From: an uncultured Spirochaetota bacterium
GTDB lineage: Bacteria > Spirochaetota > Spirochaetia > SZUA-6 > CAVTHK01
NCBI GenBank assembly: GCA_963734495.1
Contig: CAVTHK010000016.1
Coordinates: 128,001-192,000 of the forward strand
Reading direction: 5' to 3'
Length of the DNA stretch: 64,000 nucleotides
In this document: piece by piece, positions 9,551 through 22,247 of the stretch
Layout of the letters: each line of letters opens with the position of its first letter
How positions within the stretch are numbered: position 1 is the first letter of the stretch
The notes under the pieces: generated by a model
Seen by the model: only the letters and a program-made list of their open reading frames with translations
Database searches by the model: none
What the model was told of the DNA's origin: nothing
Program-made: the position numbers and the translations under genes

Positions 9551-11954
9551 TCACGCCTCGAGCGCGATCGCGAGCTGCCCCTTGACGTGCTCGTAGCTCA
9601 GGATCCAGGCGTCGCCCTTGCGCTCGAGGCTCCGAGCTGCGCCGCCCACGCGGGCGCGCAGCCTGCGATCGAACGCCATCTGCCCCGCGGTCCCCGGCGC
9701 CCCCGCGGCCAGGTACTCGCCGCGCGAGCCGCCGCGGGTGACCTGGCTCGTGGTGTAAAGCAGCTTCGCCTCGGGAAGCGGAAGATTCACCCAGAGGAGG
9801 CGGGCTTCCTTCGCCTTCATCTCCAGGTTTCCCATCGTGGGCAGCGACACTTCGTCGGCCCCGAGCCGGAGGCGCAGCGTCGTGCTCGCGTCCTCGCCGA
9901 GGATCGTGGCTGCGGCCAGCAGCGTGGGGCCTCCGCTGCTCCCGCGTGCCGCGACAAAGACGCTGCCGTCGGCGGCGCGCGCCACCCTCCGCACGCCGCA
10001 GCCTTCGACGATCGCCTCGGCAAACAGGCGCTGCGTCGCTTCGGTGAAGAACGCGGGCACCAGGCCGAGCACCGCGATGCTGCCTCCGCCTGCAGCGCAC
10101 CCTGTACGCGACGGGCGCGCCCCCATGGCGCGCGAGCACCGTCGCGCCCGCGGGCGGATCGAAGCACACTACCGGGCTGTCGATGCCCACCTCCCGCTCC
10201 CGCGCCGCGTCGATCATGCGGTAGGTCAGGTCGCCGGCGACCCGCCCGCCTCGCGCGAGAGCGCCGCTGATCCGCTGGCCCGCAAGCTCCGCGAGGCGCG
10301 GGAGCGGCGCGCCGTCGAGGTCCACGGTCGGCACGAGGGGATAGAACAGGACGTCCCCGCCCGCAGCGAGGTGGGCCTCGATGAAGGCGGCGCCCTTCGC
10401 ACTGAGGGTTCCGTTGTTCGGGACGATGAGCAGGCGAGTCTGCGCGCCAGGCTTCCGATTCGGATGGTCGAGGCTCGCGAGCTCGAAGTTGACCGAGAGG
10501 TGAGTGAGCACGCGGCAGAGGTCGATGACGCTCGCGTTCACGCCGCCGGTCAGCTCGGCCGCGTCGGCGGAGCCCGCCCCCGCGAAGCCTCGCGGCATCT
10601 CGATGTGCCGGGCAATCAGCGGCAGGTCGTCGCAGAGACCGATCGTCACGTCGAAGAGCTTCTCGCCCGCGAGGATCTCCGGCTGCCAGCAGTCGACGAA
10701 AGCGTTGACCTCGCGCAGCACTTCGAACGGCCTGTTCCGCTGCCCCTCGTGCCCGAGCGCGGTGTTCCAGTCGTACGAGCCGCCGATCTTCCCGAACCCG
10801 GGCGCCACGCGGCCGTCGTTGTAGACGTAGACCGAGTAGCCGTTCATGCCGGAGCCGATCAGCAGCTTCGTCATGATGTCCCAGTTGTAGGAGCCCACCG
10901 CGCCCGACGGCACCGTGTACCAGGAACCGAGCTCGTAGATCGAAGGCGGCCCCTCGGCCGCCGACATCTTGACCGACTCGATGCGCGCGAGCGTGACGGG
11001 AGCGCCGTTGACGTTCTGCTCGCCGCCGTAGTGGAGGTAGCAGTGGCCGCTGGAGAACATCGGGATCCCCGCGTTCTTCATGAACGCGGCGAACGACGCA
11101 TGGTCGCCTGAGTTCCAGCCCCAGTACCGGTTGATGGGCTCGTTCATGGTGAACGGCAGGTCTAGCCCGAGAGCACGAACGCGATCCGCCAGCCGCCGGA
11201 TGTACTCGTAGACGTGCCACTTCTTGAAGCGCAGCCAGTCGAGCGCAAGCCGGTACTCGTCCGCGCTCCCGGCTTTGCCGGAGACCGGCGGGTCGACAGC
11301 CTGACCGCCGCGCGCGCCCGCGAGCCACCGCTCCCACAATCCGCCCCTGCCGATCACGTGCGGGTCGTACAGCGACCCGGGAACGCCGAAGCTGAAGGTC
11401 AGGTTCGGCTCGTTGTCCACCTGCATGAGGATGATGGGGCCGCCGTTGTCGATGGTGTAGGGCGCGAGCACCTCGATCACGCGCTCGTACCAGCGGAAGA
11501 CGAGGTCGAGGTAGCGCGGGTCGAGCTGGCTCGGGACGAAGCCGCCCTCGATGTCGCAGCGGGCAAAGGCGCCGGAGGCTTCCTTCGATTTTACCTCAGG
11601 GTGCCTTTCGTAGAGCCACAACGGATGGCCGCCGCGCGCGAGCTCGGCGTTCACGTACGGGCCTATGCGCGCGAAGAACCAGAGGCCCTGCTTCTTGACG
11701 AGATCGAGAAAGGCGCCGAGGTCCCGCTCCGGGACTCGATCGCCTTTGAAATCGAAGGCGCCCTCTTCGGGCTCGTGCCACTGCCACGGGATGTACGACG
11801 CAAGGCAGTTGAGCCCACCGTCCCTGGCCGCGGCGATGCGCGCGGACCAGTCGCCGCGCGCCATGCGGAAGTAGTGCATCTCGCCCGATCGCAGGAAGCA
11901 CGGCTTGCCGTCGATCAGGATCTGCCTGCCGCTGAGGGCGACGCGCCTCGCCAT
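9551..11954 (-). CDS. GH35 beta-galactosidase-like glycosidase (one frameshift near 10097)
   Basis: SGEMHYFR, YIPWQWHEPEEG, RIGPYVNAE, NGGPIILMQVDNE; C-terminus continues in the 9551..10126 frame. Confidence 0.85.
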
Positions 11955-11957
11955 CGC

Positions 11958-13286
11958 CTACAGCGCCTCGACCGCGAAGCCGAGCACCTTGCCGACGAGC
12001 TCGATGTCGCCGCGATGGTGCCCCTTGGCGAGGATGTAGTGGTGCGACGCGAGCCTGTCCATGAGGCGCCTGCCGTCGGGCACGCGGATGACCGCGCCGT
12101 TGAGGCAGTCGGAGTCCTTGAACTGCGCGTACCCGACGAGAGCCGCCTCGGTCACGGAGGCCTTGTCGAAAGTGGACTCGAGCTTGGCGAGCGTCACGTC
12201 GCCTTCGGCCATCCGCGCATCGATCGCAGTGGCGTTCTCGTTGACGATGCCGAGGACTTTGCGCTTCAGCGTCCACTCGACGGAGAACGAGCGGGGAAGC
12301 ACCCCGAGGTACCCGCAGTGGGCCGCGAGGATATGGTTCTCGGGCTCCGCGGCGCACGGGCGGGAAGTCGGGGATCTTCTCGTGCTTGAGCGCGGCCTGA
12401 CCCATGAGGAAGGGGTAGAGGTTCGTCATCATCAGCGGGATGCCGAGGGTCTTGTGCAGCACGTGCTTGGTGAGCATCGAGACGGTGTCGCCTTCGCAGC
12501 CCCACATCAGGCCGCGCTCCTCGTAGAGCATGTTCCACGCGAGGCAGGGTGTCGTGTCTGAAAAATGCGACTCGTTGAGGCAGTTTATCCCGACCGCGAC
12601 TACGCCTTCGTCGCCGCCGATCTCCTTTGTCACCGCGAGGTAGACCTTGACGGCGCTCAGCACGCTTTTGTGGGGCATCTGGCCGATCTTCACCTTCGAT
12701 TTCCATTGGGCCCAGGCCTTTTCCGCCTCCGCGTCCGGGATCGCCTGCGCGTCCGCGCCGAGCTTCTTGAAGCTGCGCCGCTCTATGGAGATGCCGAACT
12801 TCTCGAGCATCCGCTGCGTGCACTCCTGCTCCCACCAGTAGAAGCGCTTGAAGATGCTGGCCTGGAAGCCTTCGACCTGGATTGTCCTGGAAGACCAGAA
12901 GGCGGCTCTTGGCAAGGTCTCGCTTGACCGCGAGCGCCTTGCAGAGCGTCTTCGTCTGCTGCGAGGTTGTAAGGGGCGAGCACCTCGACGCCTTTCGAGC
13001 GGAGGTAGCTGTTGATCTCCCAGTCCCACATCGAGACGGTGCCGAACTCCGAGGTCACGACGAGGATGGGGACGCGGATGGAGCGGAAGTCCGCGAGCCT
13101 GCGATAGGCCTCGCCCAGCATCTCCGGGACGACGACGGCGTCGGCCCCTTCGGTCGACGCGCCCAGGGGCCGCGGGGCGAGGAGCTCCGCCTCTTCGCCG
13201 AGCAACCGCTGCAGGACGCCGAGCTGCGTCGCGAACTCCTTGCTCGCCGTCGCGCCAAAGTACACCGGAGCGATCTTCGCCTTCAT
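11958..13286 (-). CDS. L-fucose/L-arabinose isomerase-like protein (frameshifts near 12962, 12875, 12360)
   Basis: Joined frames give PCLAWNML..WGCEGD and C-terminal ASHHYILAKGH, resembling FucI-like proteins; GGAGG RBS. Confidence 0.6.
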
Positions 13287-13341
13287 CTCTCACCTCCACC
13301 GGACGTCGGGCCGGAGGGCCGACGGATCGGCCGCCGATCTC

Positions 13342-13456
13342 ATTATCAATGCCTGTTGCCGCATGTCAATCACAATCCGCTTAGCTTTCGTTCGTTCACG
13401 AATGATCGTGATTGACCGTCGTTTCTGTTGACGCGCAGAGGATTCGACGCCATAAT
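13342..13456. promoter_or_regulatory. divergent sigma70 promoters with a 13-bp inverted repeat between them
   Basis: Plus strand TTGACG(13428)-N17-CATAAT(13451); minus strand TTGACA(13369)-N16-GATAAT; GTCAATCACAATC (13365-13377) and GATCGTGATTGAC (13404-13416). Confidence 0.7.
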
Positions 13457-13466
13457 CGCGGCGGAT

Positions 13467-14503
13467 ATGCGAAACGGCAAACTGGGCATCTGCGTGATCG
13501 GCGCGGGTCGCGCCGGGATGATCCACGCGCGCAATTACGCCTCCGGAGTCCGCGGGGCGCAGCTCGTCGCGCTTGTGGATCCGGCGGGCGAGGCGCTCGC
13601 GGCCGCCTGCAAGGAGCTGGAGGTGGCGACGGGCTACCCGGACTATCGCGGCGGCGCTCGCGTCCCGCGACGTCGACGCCGTGGTCGTCGTCGCCCCCAC
13701 GGTGCTCCACCGCGAAATCGTGATCGCGGCCGCGCAGGGCGGGCAAGCACGTCTTCTGCGAGAAGCCGATGGCGATGAACGTGGCGGAGTGCGACGAGAT
13801 GATCGCGGCCTGCAGGTCGGCAAAGGTCAGGCTGCAGATCGGCTTCATGCGCCGCTTCGACCGCGGCCTCCGCGACGTCAAGCGCCGGCTCGACGCGGGC
13901 GAGATCGGCGACGTCGTGCTCGTCAAGTCCATGACCAGGGGGCCGAGCGTGCCGCAGCGCTGGATGCTCGACCTGCGGAAGAGCAACGGCGTCCTCGCCG
14001 AGGTCAACAGCCACGACATCGACACGCTGCGCTGGTACGCGGCGAGCGACGTCGAGGAGGTGAGCGCGATCGCGGGCAACTACCGCTGCCCCGACGCCAG
14101 GACGGAGTTCCCCGATTTCTACGACACGTTCGTCCTGACCGCGCGGTTCGCGAGCGGGGCGCTCGGCTGCATCGACGGCGCCGCCTCCGTCGGCTACGGC
14201 TACGACGCGCGCGTCGAGGTGCTCGGCACGGCCGGCGTCATCCGGGCGGGCGACATCGCCGACGGCTCGGTGACGTCGGTCACCAAGGGCCGCGGCGTCG
14301 CGATGCCCGCCGTGAGCAGCTGGAGGAGCCTCTTCGAGCAGGCCTACCGCGCCGAGGCCGAGGCGTTCGTCCGCTCGGTGCTCGAGGGGTCGGAGCCCGA
14401 GGTCACGGGCTACGACGGAAAGATGGCGGTCGCGGTGGTGAACGCCGGCAACAGGTCGATCGCGGAAAAGAGGGCCGTGAGGCTCGACGAGGTCTCGCGT
14501 TGA
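13467..14503 (+). CDS. Gfo/Idh/MocA family oxidoreductase, inositol 2-dehydrogenase-like (frameshifts near 13650, 13740)
   Basis: IGAGRAG, KHVFCEKP, GFMRRFD, HDIDTLRW, GYDARVEV. Confidence 0.88.
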
Positions 14504-15544
14504 AGGCGGCGCTGCTCCGCGGGCCCGGCGACCTGCGCGTCGAGGAGGTTCCGCAGCCGGAGATCGGACCGGACGAGATCCTGCTCCGCGTGCGCGCTTC
14601 CCACGTCTGCGGCACCGACATCCGGATGTACCGCCACGGCTCCAAGGCGGCGTCGGCCGCGACGCCGCTCGTCCCCGGCCACGAGATCAGCGGCGTGATC
14701 GAGCGGGTGGGGGCGAACGTCGGCGGCTACAGCGCCGGCATGCGGGTGGCCGTGGCCCCGAACATGGGCTGCGGCACGTGCGACATCTGCGCGAGCGGCA
14801 ACACGCAGATGTGCCGCAGCTCCGAGGCGCTCGGCGTCACGCTGCACGGCGGCTTCGCCGAGCTCATGCGCATCCCGGCCGCGGCCGTGGCCCAGGGAAA
14901 CGTCACGCCGATCCCCGACAGCGTCTCCTTCGCGGCCGCCGCGCTCGCCGAGCCCCTCTCGTGCGTCTACAACAGCTTCGAGCGGTGCGCCCTCAAGCCG
15001 GGCGACACGGTGCTCGTCATCGGCGCCGGCCCGATCGGCCTGATGCACGCCCGCGTGCACCTGATGGCGGGCGCTGCCCGTGTGATCATCACCGACCTGA
15101 GCGAGGAGCGCCTCGCCCTCTGCCGCTCGAAGGAGCCGCGGGTCATGACTCTCGGCTCGGAGGGCCTGGAGGGCCGCATCGCCGGGATCACCGGCGGCCG
15201 CGGGGTCGACGTCTGCATCACGGCCTGCTCCGCGGCCTCGGCGCAGCGGCAGGCCTTCGAGCTCGCGGGGCTCAACGGCCGGATCATCTTCTTCGGCGGC
15301 CTTCCCGCCGGCAGCGAGAACGTAAGCCTCAACACCAACCACATCCACTACAAGCAGCTCACGGTCACGGGCACCACGCGCCAGAGCCTCGCGCAGTACA
15401 GGCGCGTGCTCGCGTTGATCGCCGCCGGCCTGATCCCGGTCGACGACCTGATGACGAACGCCTATCGCGCTGGAGGACGTGGCCGAAGCCTACGAGAACG
15501 TCATCGCGGGGACGGGGCTGCGGCACGGGGTGGTCTGGTCGTAG
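14500..15544 (+). CDS. zinc-dependent alcohol/polyol dehydrogenase (frameshift near 15466)
   Basis: VCGTD, GHE, CGTCDIC..C structural Zn site, IGAGPIG; TTG start overlaps the upstream stop. Confidence 0.9.
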
Positions 15545-15578
15545 TGCGTAGAGAAGGTGCGCGCGGAGGGCGGGCTCC

Positions 15579-17062
15579 ATGGACGGCGTGATCGGCATCG
15601 ACATCGGAACTCAGGGCACGAAGGCGGCCCTGATCGCCGCGGATGGGAGGGTCGTCGCCGAGGCGTTCGTCGCGTCCGATCTCAGGCGCCCGGGTCCCGG
15701 CGTCGTCGAGGAGGACCCGGAGCGTCAGGTCGCGAGCGTGTGCGACACGGTTCGTGAGTGCCTGGCAAAGGCGGGATCGGTCCGCGTCGCCGCGATCGCG
15801 ATCGACGGGCAGATGGCGGGGATCATCGGCGCGGGCCGCGACGGCCTGGCGGTGACGCCATACGACTCCTGGCTGGACACGCGCTGCGGCGCCCTACATG
15901 GAGAAAATGAAGGCTGAAGCCGGCCCCGACATTCTCGCGAAGACGGGCAATGCGCCCTCCATCAATCACGGGCCGAAGAAACTGTGGTGGAAGCACGAGC
16001 ACCCGGAGGTCTACCGCAGGATCGCCGCGTTCGTGCAGCCCGGCGGCTACGCCGCGATGCGGCTCTGCGGCCTCGCCGGGCGACCGCGCGTTCATCGACC
16101 ACACCTACCTGCACTTCTCGGGCTTCGCGGACAACCGTGCGCGGGAGTGGGACCAGGGCCTCTGCCGCCGCTTCGGCCTGGACGCGGCGAAGCTCCCGCG
16201 GATCGCGGATCCCGCCGAGGTCGTCGGCACCGTCACGGCGGAGATGGCGCGCGCGAGCGGCCTCGCGCAGGGGACGCCGGTGGCGGCCGGCTGCGGCGAC
16301 ACCGCGGCGTCGTTCCTCGCCTGCGGCGCGACGGCAGCAGGGGTGTGCATCGACGTCGCCGGCACCGCCAGTGTGTTCGCCGGCACGACGCGCGAGTTCC
16401 GGCCGGACCCGACGGGGGTGCTCGGCGTGGGGAGGTCGGCAGTCCCCGGCCTCTGGCACCCGTATGCGTACATCAACGGCGGCGGCATGAACCTGGAGTG
16501 GTTCCGCACCCAAGTGGCGCGCGGCGCCGGGTTCGCCGAGCTCGAGGATCTCGCGCGCGGCGTCGAGCTCTCCGAGGTGCCGCTCTTCGTGCCGCACATG
16601 GAAGGGCGCGTCTGCCCCGGAAGCCCGCGCATGCGCGGCGCCTTCGCGGACCTGAGCTGGAAGTGCTCGCTCGGCCACCTGTATCGGGCGATCCTCGACA
16701 GCGTCGCCCTGGAGTACGGCCTCTACGCCGGCATCCTCGAGCAGCTCTACCCGCGGGAGCGCGCGAGCGAAGTGCGCGTGACCGGCGGCGGCGAGAAGAG
16801 CGCGCTGTGGAACGAGATCAAGGCCACGGTCGTCGGGGCGCCGGTCGTGCAGATCTCCGGGTCCGTCGGGGCGCCGATGGGGGCCGCGATGGTGGCGGCG
16901 CGCGCGGCGGGGCTCGCCGCGAGCCTCGAAGCCGTGGCCGCGGCGTGGGTCGGGACGGGCGCGCGCTTCGTCCCGCAGGCCGCGGCCCGCGGCCATTACC
17001 GCGACCGGCTCGCGCGGTACAGCCGGCTCGTGGCCGCGGTCGATGCCTTCGCGAAGGAGTGA
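15579..17062 (+). CDS. FGGY-family carbohydrate kinase, xylulokinase-like (frameshifts near 15890, 16080)
   Basis: GIDIGTQGTK, WLDTR, GCGDTAA, AGTAS, VTGGGEKS..W. Confidence 0.9.
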
Positions 17063-17066
17063 CGCC

Positions 17067-18017
17067 ATGGGCAGCTCGGGTGCGAACGGGGCGCCAAACT
17101 TCTATTTTGTCGGGGTCAGCACTTCCCAATCCTCCATAATGAAGGTCTTCCCCCGGTGGGCCGCGCACCTGCGGCTGGACGCGGCCATCGCGGGGATCGA
17201 CTGCAAGGTGCACGACGATCCCGCCGTCTACCGCGGCGTCGTGGCGCGCATCAAGGAGGACCCTCGCGCTCTCGGCGCACTCGTGACGACCCACAAGATC
17301 GATCTCCTCGCCGCCGCGCGCGACCTCTTCGACGATCTGGACCATCACGCGCAGCTTCTGGGCGAAATCAGCTGCATCTCCAAGCGGGACGGCCGGCTGT
17401 GGGGCCACGCGAAGGACCCCGAGACGAGCGGGCTCTCGCTCGAGGCATTCGTCGAGCCGGGGTACTGGAGCCGCAGTCGCGGCGAGGTGTGCATCCTCGG
17501 GGCCGGCGGGTCGTCGCTGGCGCTCACGACCTACCTCATGAGCCGGCGCTCGCAGGCGGATCGGCCGCGGCGCATCGTGGTGACGAACCGCAGCGAGCCG
17601 AGGCTCGCCGCCATGCGCGCGGTCCACGACAGGGTCAACCCCGGCATCCCGGTCGAGTACATCCACGCGCCGCGGCCCGAGATCAACGACGAGGCCGTCG
17701 GCCGCCTCGCGGCCGGGAGCCTCGTGGTGAACGCCACGGGGCTGGGCAAGGACTCACCCGGGTCTCCGCTCACGGACCGGGCGCGCTTTCCCGAAAACGG
17801 CCTGGTGTGGGAGTTCAATTACCGCGGAAAGCTGGTCTTCCTCGAGCAGGCGGCGGCGCAGAAGGCGGAGCGGCGCCTCACGATCGAGGACGGCTGGACC
17901 TACTTCGTGCACGGGTGGACGCGCGTGATCTCGGAGGTCTTTCACATCGACATCCCCACGAGCGGCCTGGGGTTCGAGGCGCTGAGCAGAATCGCCGCCG
18001 AGTCCCGCTCGCGATAG
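17067..18017 (+). CDS. divergent shikimate dehydrogenase-like oxidoreductase
   Basis: LVTTHK, AKDP, LGAGGS, TNRS, VNATGLG, EFNY follow the AroE-fold pattern. Confidence 0.8.
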   Translation: MGSSGANGAPNFYFVGVSTSQSSIMKVFPRWAAHLRLDAAIAGIDCKVHDDPAVYRGVVARIKEDPRALGALVTTHKIDLLAAARDLFDDLDHHAQLLGEISCISKRDGRLWGHAKDPETSGLSLEAFVEPGYWSRSRGEVCILGAGGSSLALTTYLMSRRSQADRPRRIVVTNRSEPRLAAMRAVHDRVNPGIPVEYIHAPRPEINDEAVGRLAAGSLVVNATGLGKDSPGSPLTDRARFPENGLVWEFNYRGKLVFLEQAAAQKAERRLTIEDGWTYFVHGWTRVISEVFHIDIPTSGLGFEALSRIAAESRSR

Positions 18018-18028
18018 AGGAGAGCAGC

Positions 18029-18616
18029 ATGCCGGGCAGCAACAATCCACTCCTGTCGATGGGGGTCCGCTTCGATCTCGCGAGCGGCCTGTCGCCGGAC
18101 AAGCCTTCGATCCGCAGGAAGCTTTCGGCGATGAAGGGCATGTTCGCCGACGGCCGCGCGTTCGACGCCGCCGTCGCCGGCGGCGATCCCCTGGTCTACG
18201 AGTTCTACGACATGGGGCGGCCGGAGGAGGCGGGCGAGGTGGCTTTCGGGACCAGCATCACGTACCCCGGCAAGGTCGGCGGCGAGTACTTCATGACCAA
18301 GGGGCACTTCCACACCGTGCTGGCGACGGCCGAGGTCTACTACTGCCTGCGGGGCCACGGCTACATGCTGATGGAGAGCCCCGAGGGCGCCTGGGAGGCG
18401 CAGGAGTTCAGGCCCGGCGTCGCGGTCTACATCCCGCCCCGCTACGCGCACCGCAGCGTCAACGTGTCGCCGGCGGAGCCTCTCGTTACGTTCTTCGCCT
18501 TCCGCGGCGACGCCGGCCACGACTACGGCACGATCGAGACCCGGGGCTTCCGCAAGCTGATCGTCGAGCGGAACGGCAGGGCCGAGATCGTCGACAATCC
18601 GAAGTGGAAATCGTGA
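18029..18616 (+). CDS. cupin-type (archaeal-like) glucose-6-phosphate isomerase family protein
   Basis: PGKVGGEYFMTKGHFH, EVYYCLRGHG, AHRSVN, AGHDYG signature. Confidence 0.9.
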   Translation: MPGSNNPLLSMGVRFDLASGLSPDKPSIRRKLSAMKGMFADGRAFDAAVAGGDPLVYEFYDMGRPEEAGEVAFGTSITYPGKVGGEYFMTKGHFHTVLATAEVYYCLRGHGYMLMESPEGAWEAQEFRPGVAVYIPPRYAHRSVNVSPAEPLVTFFAFRGDAGHDYGTIETRGFRKLIVERNGRAEIVDNPKWKS

Positions 18617-18650
18617 GCGCCGGCGCCGCGGGCCGGAGGGGGTGGGAAGC

Positions 18651-19439
18651 ATGGCCGAGGTCGTCTTCGCGGAACAGCGGAAGCTCAAGATCGTCGACTA
18701 CATCGAGCAGCACAGGCAGGCTTCCGTAGCCGAGCTCGTTAACTGTTTCCAGGTGTCCAGCGCGACCATCCGCAACGACCTGCGCGAGCTCTCCGAGGCG
18801 CGCCTGGTGACGCGCACGCACGGCGGCGCGATGGTGCGGTCGCAGACGGCCTTCGAGCTGCAGTCGACCCAGCTCGGGGAGCGGAACGTCGAGGCCAAGA
18901 GGGAGATCGGCCGCCTCGCGGCCGCGATGGTCGAGGAGGGGGACACGGTCCTCATCGACTCAGGCACCACCACGCTGGAGCTGGCGAGAGCTCTTGCGGA
19001 CCGGCGCAACCTCGTCGTCGTGACGAACAGCCTCAGGATCGCCCTCGAGCTCGAGAAGATGGAGTCGATTCAGCTCATCGTCATCGGCGGCATCGTGCGC
19101 AAGGGGTTCCAGTGCACGGTGGGCCTGGCGGGGCGCAACGTGCTGCAGGGGATCACCGTCGACAAAGCGTTCATGGGCACCAACGGGCTCACGCACGAAA
19201 AGGGCGCGTCCACGCCCGACATCAGCCACGCCGAGATCAAGAAGGCGATGATCGCCGCAGCCAAGCAGGTGATCCTGCTTTGCGACGGCAGCAAGCTCGG
19301 CCGCGACTCCTTCGCGCAGTTCGCCTGCCTCGACGACATTGACGTGGTCGTGAGCGAGGCGATGGACCCCGAGTTCCGCAGGCGCCTGGAGGAGAGCGAC
19401 GTGGTCGTGGTCACGCCGCCGGCTGCGGCCGCGGGATAG
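18651..19439 (+). CDS. DeoR/GlpR family transcriptional regulator
   Basis: VSSATIRNDL..L..RTHGGA HTH; DSGTTT, VVTNS, KAMI sensor domain. Confidence 0.95.
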   Translation: MAEVVFAEQRKLKIVDYIEQHRQASVAELVNCFQVSSATIRNDLRELSEARLVTRTHGGAMVRSQTAFELQSTQLGERNVEAKREIGRLAAAMVEEGDTVLIDSGTTTLELARALADRRNLVVVTNSLRIALELEKMESIQLIVIGGIVRKGFQCTVGLAGRNVLQGITVDKAFMGTNGLTHEKGASTPDISHAEIKKAMIAAAKQVILLCDGSKLGRDSFAQFACLDDIDVVVSEAMDPEFRRRLEESDVVVVTPPAAAAG

Positions 19440-19538
19440 CCTCCGCCGCCGTGGGCACCCGCGGGGGTCCGGGGGGAGGAGCGCGGCGAGCGAGCGACGA
19501 TCCTCTTCGCGGCAGGGCAACCGTCAGCCAGCCGGACG

Positions 19539-20543
19539 TTACTTCAAGGCAGACCACTTCTGGAGCATGGATTCGATGTCTCTCTCGACTTTCTCCTCGA
19601 CACGCGGAAGCTCAGGATGAGCTTGCCACCAGGCAACGGACCGTCTCATTCCCTCGTGAAAGGGAATCCTGCACTGAAAGCCCGGCACGAAGCGTTTGAT
19701 CTTCGTATTGTCGAAGGCCAGACTGTATGCACGATCACCCATCAGCCCTACGCCGGCTATCGGGGAAGTAGCGATAGATGACGTCCGATGGAATGTGAAC
19801 GATCTTCGGAGTAACACCAAGCGCGGCGGCCATATGATAGTGGACCTGGTTCCAGGTAACTACCTCATCGGTGGTTATGTGAAAGGTTTCGCCAATCGCG
19901 TCAGGATTTCCGAGAAGGCCGACGAAGTCCCGGCGCGAAATCGTCGGAGTGGGTCAAGGTCCATAGCGAGGTCCCGTCGCCGTGAACGATGATTTCCTTG
20001 CCGTCGAGCATTCGCTGCGGCACGGTGAATCCCTTTGCCGAAGGTCGAGGGGAACCACCCGTCGCTGTAGGTATGCGAGGGCCGGACTATGGTCATCGGA
20101 AAACCATCGCGCGTGTAAGCTTCTCGCAGTCGTTGTTCGCACTCGGTCTTGCGTTGAGACATTGGCCAGTACGGATTGTAGAGCCAGCTCGAGACTCAGT
20201 GATCATGTAGTGCCGCGGCGGCTTGTGGTAAACGGAAGCCGAGCTGATAAAGACGTACTGGCTCGTGGCATCCCTGGAACATCTGAATGTCCGCTTCGAT
20301 ATCATCCTTGTTCCAGACAAGCCAATCGACGACGACATCGAAGCGCTGCCCACGTAACGCGTCCTTCACCGAGCTCCGGTCCTTGATATCTGCCCGGTGG
20401 ACTGTGACGCGATCACCGAATGGCGATGGCGTCATGCCGCGGTTCAGATGGTGCACCTCAAATCCCCGCGCGAGAGCCTCTTTCGTGCATGACGTAGAGA
20501 TGTTTCCAGTCCCGCCGATGAACAGCACCTTCACGGTCTTCAC
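19539..20543 (-). CDS. NAD-dependent epimerase/dehydratase family protein (several frameshifts)
   Basis: [40 protein letters not shown] distributed over several frames. Confidence 0.8.
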
Positions 20544-20787
20544 CTCAATATCCGCTGTTTCTTCGTGTGCAGACTAGCACAGCCCCGCCGCTTTTCAGAC
20601 AGTATGCCAGCAGTTGGCGGCGCGGACAAGACCCGCCGGTTCGCGAGGGCCGGAGGCGAGTCGCGCGCGAAGGGCTGGCCGCCAAGGTGCGCTCTTCAGA
20701 TCGCGCGGGCCCGCTGCATCCCGACCGCAGACCACGTGGCGCCGCCCGACGTTTCCTTCGGAGATTTCCGTTTCCTTCGGGAGATGA

Positions 20788-22157
<1,370 letters not shown>

Positions 22158-22247
22158 TCGGCCGTCCGAAGATAGTCGTTGACAGCGGGAGCGCGGGCAA
22201 GGATGCCGAATGCGCTCGCCTGCAGCAGTGTGGGAACGGAGGTTATC

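Noticed and set aside
8814..11954. Apparent 1046-aa GH35-SDR fusion protein
   Set aside because: The linker is off-frame Arg/Gly-rich translation. The real GH35 C-terminus lies in another frame ending at 9551, and the SDR has its own RBS and ATG at 9527.
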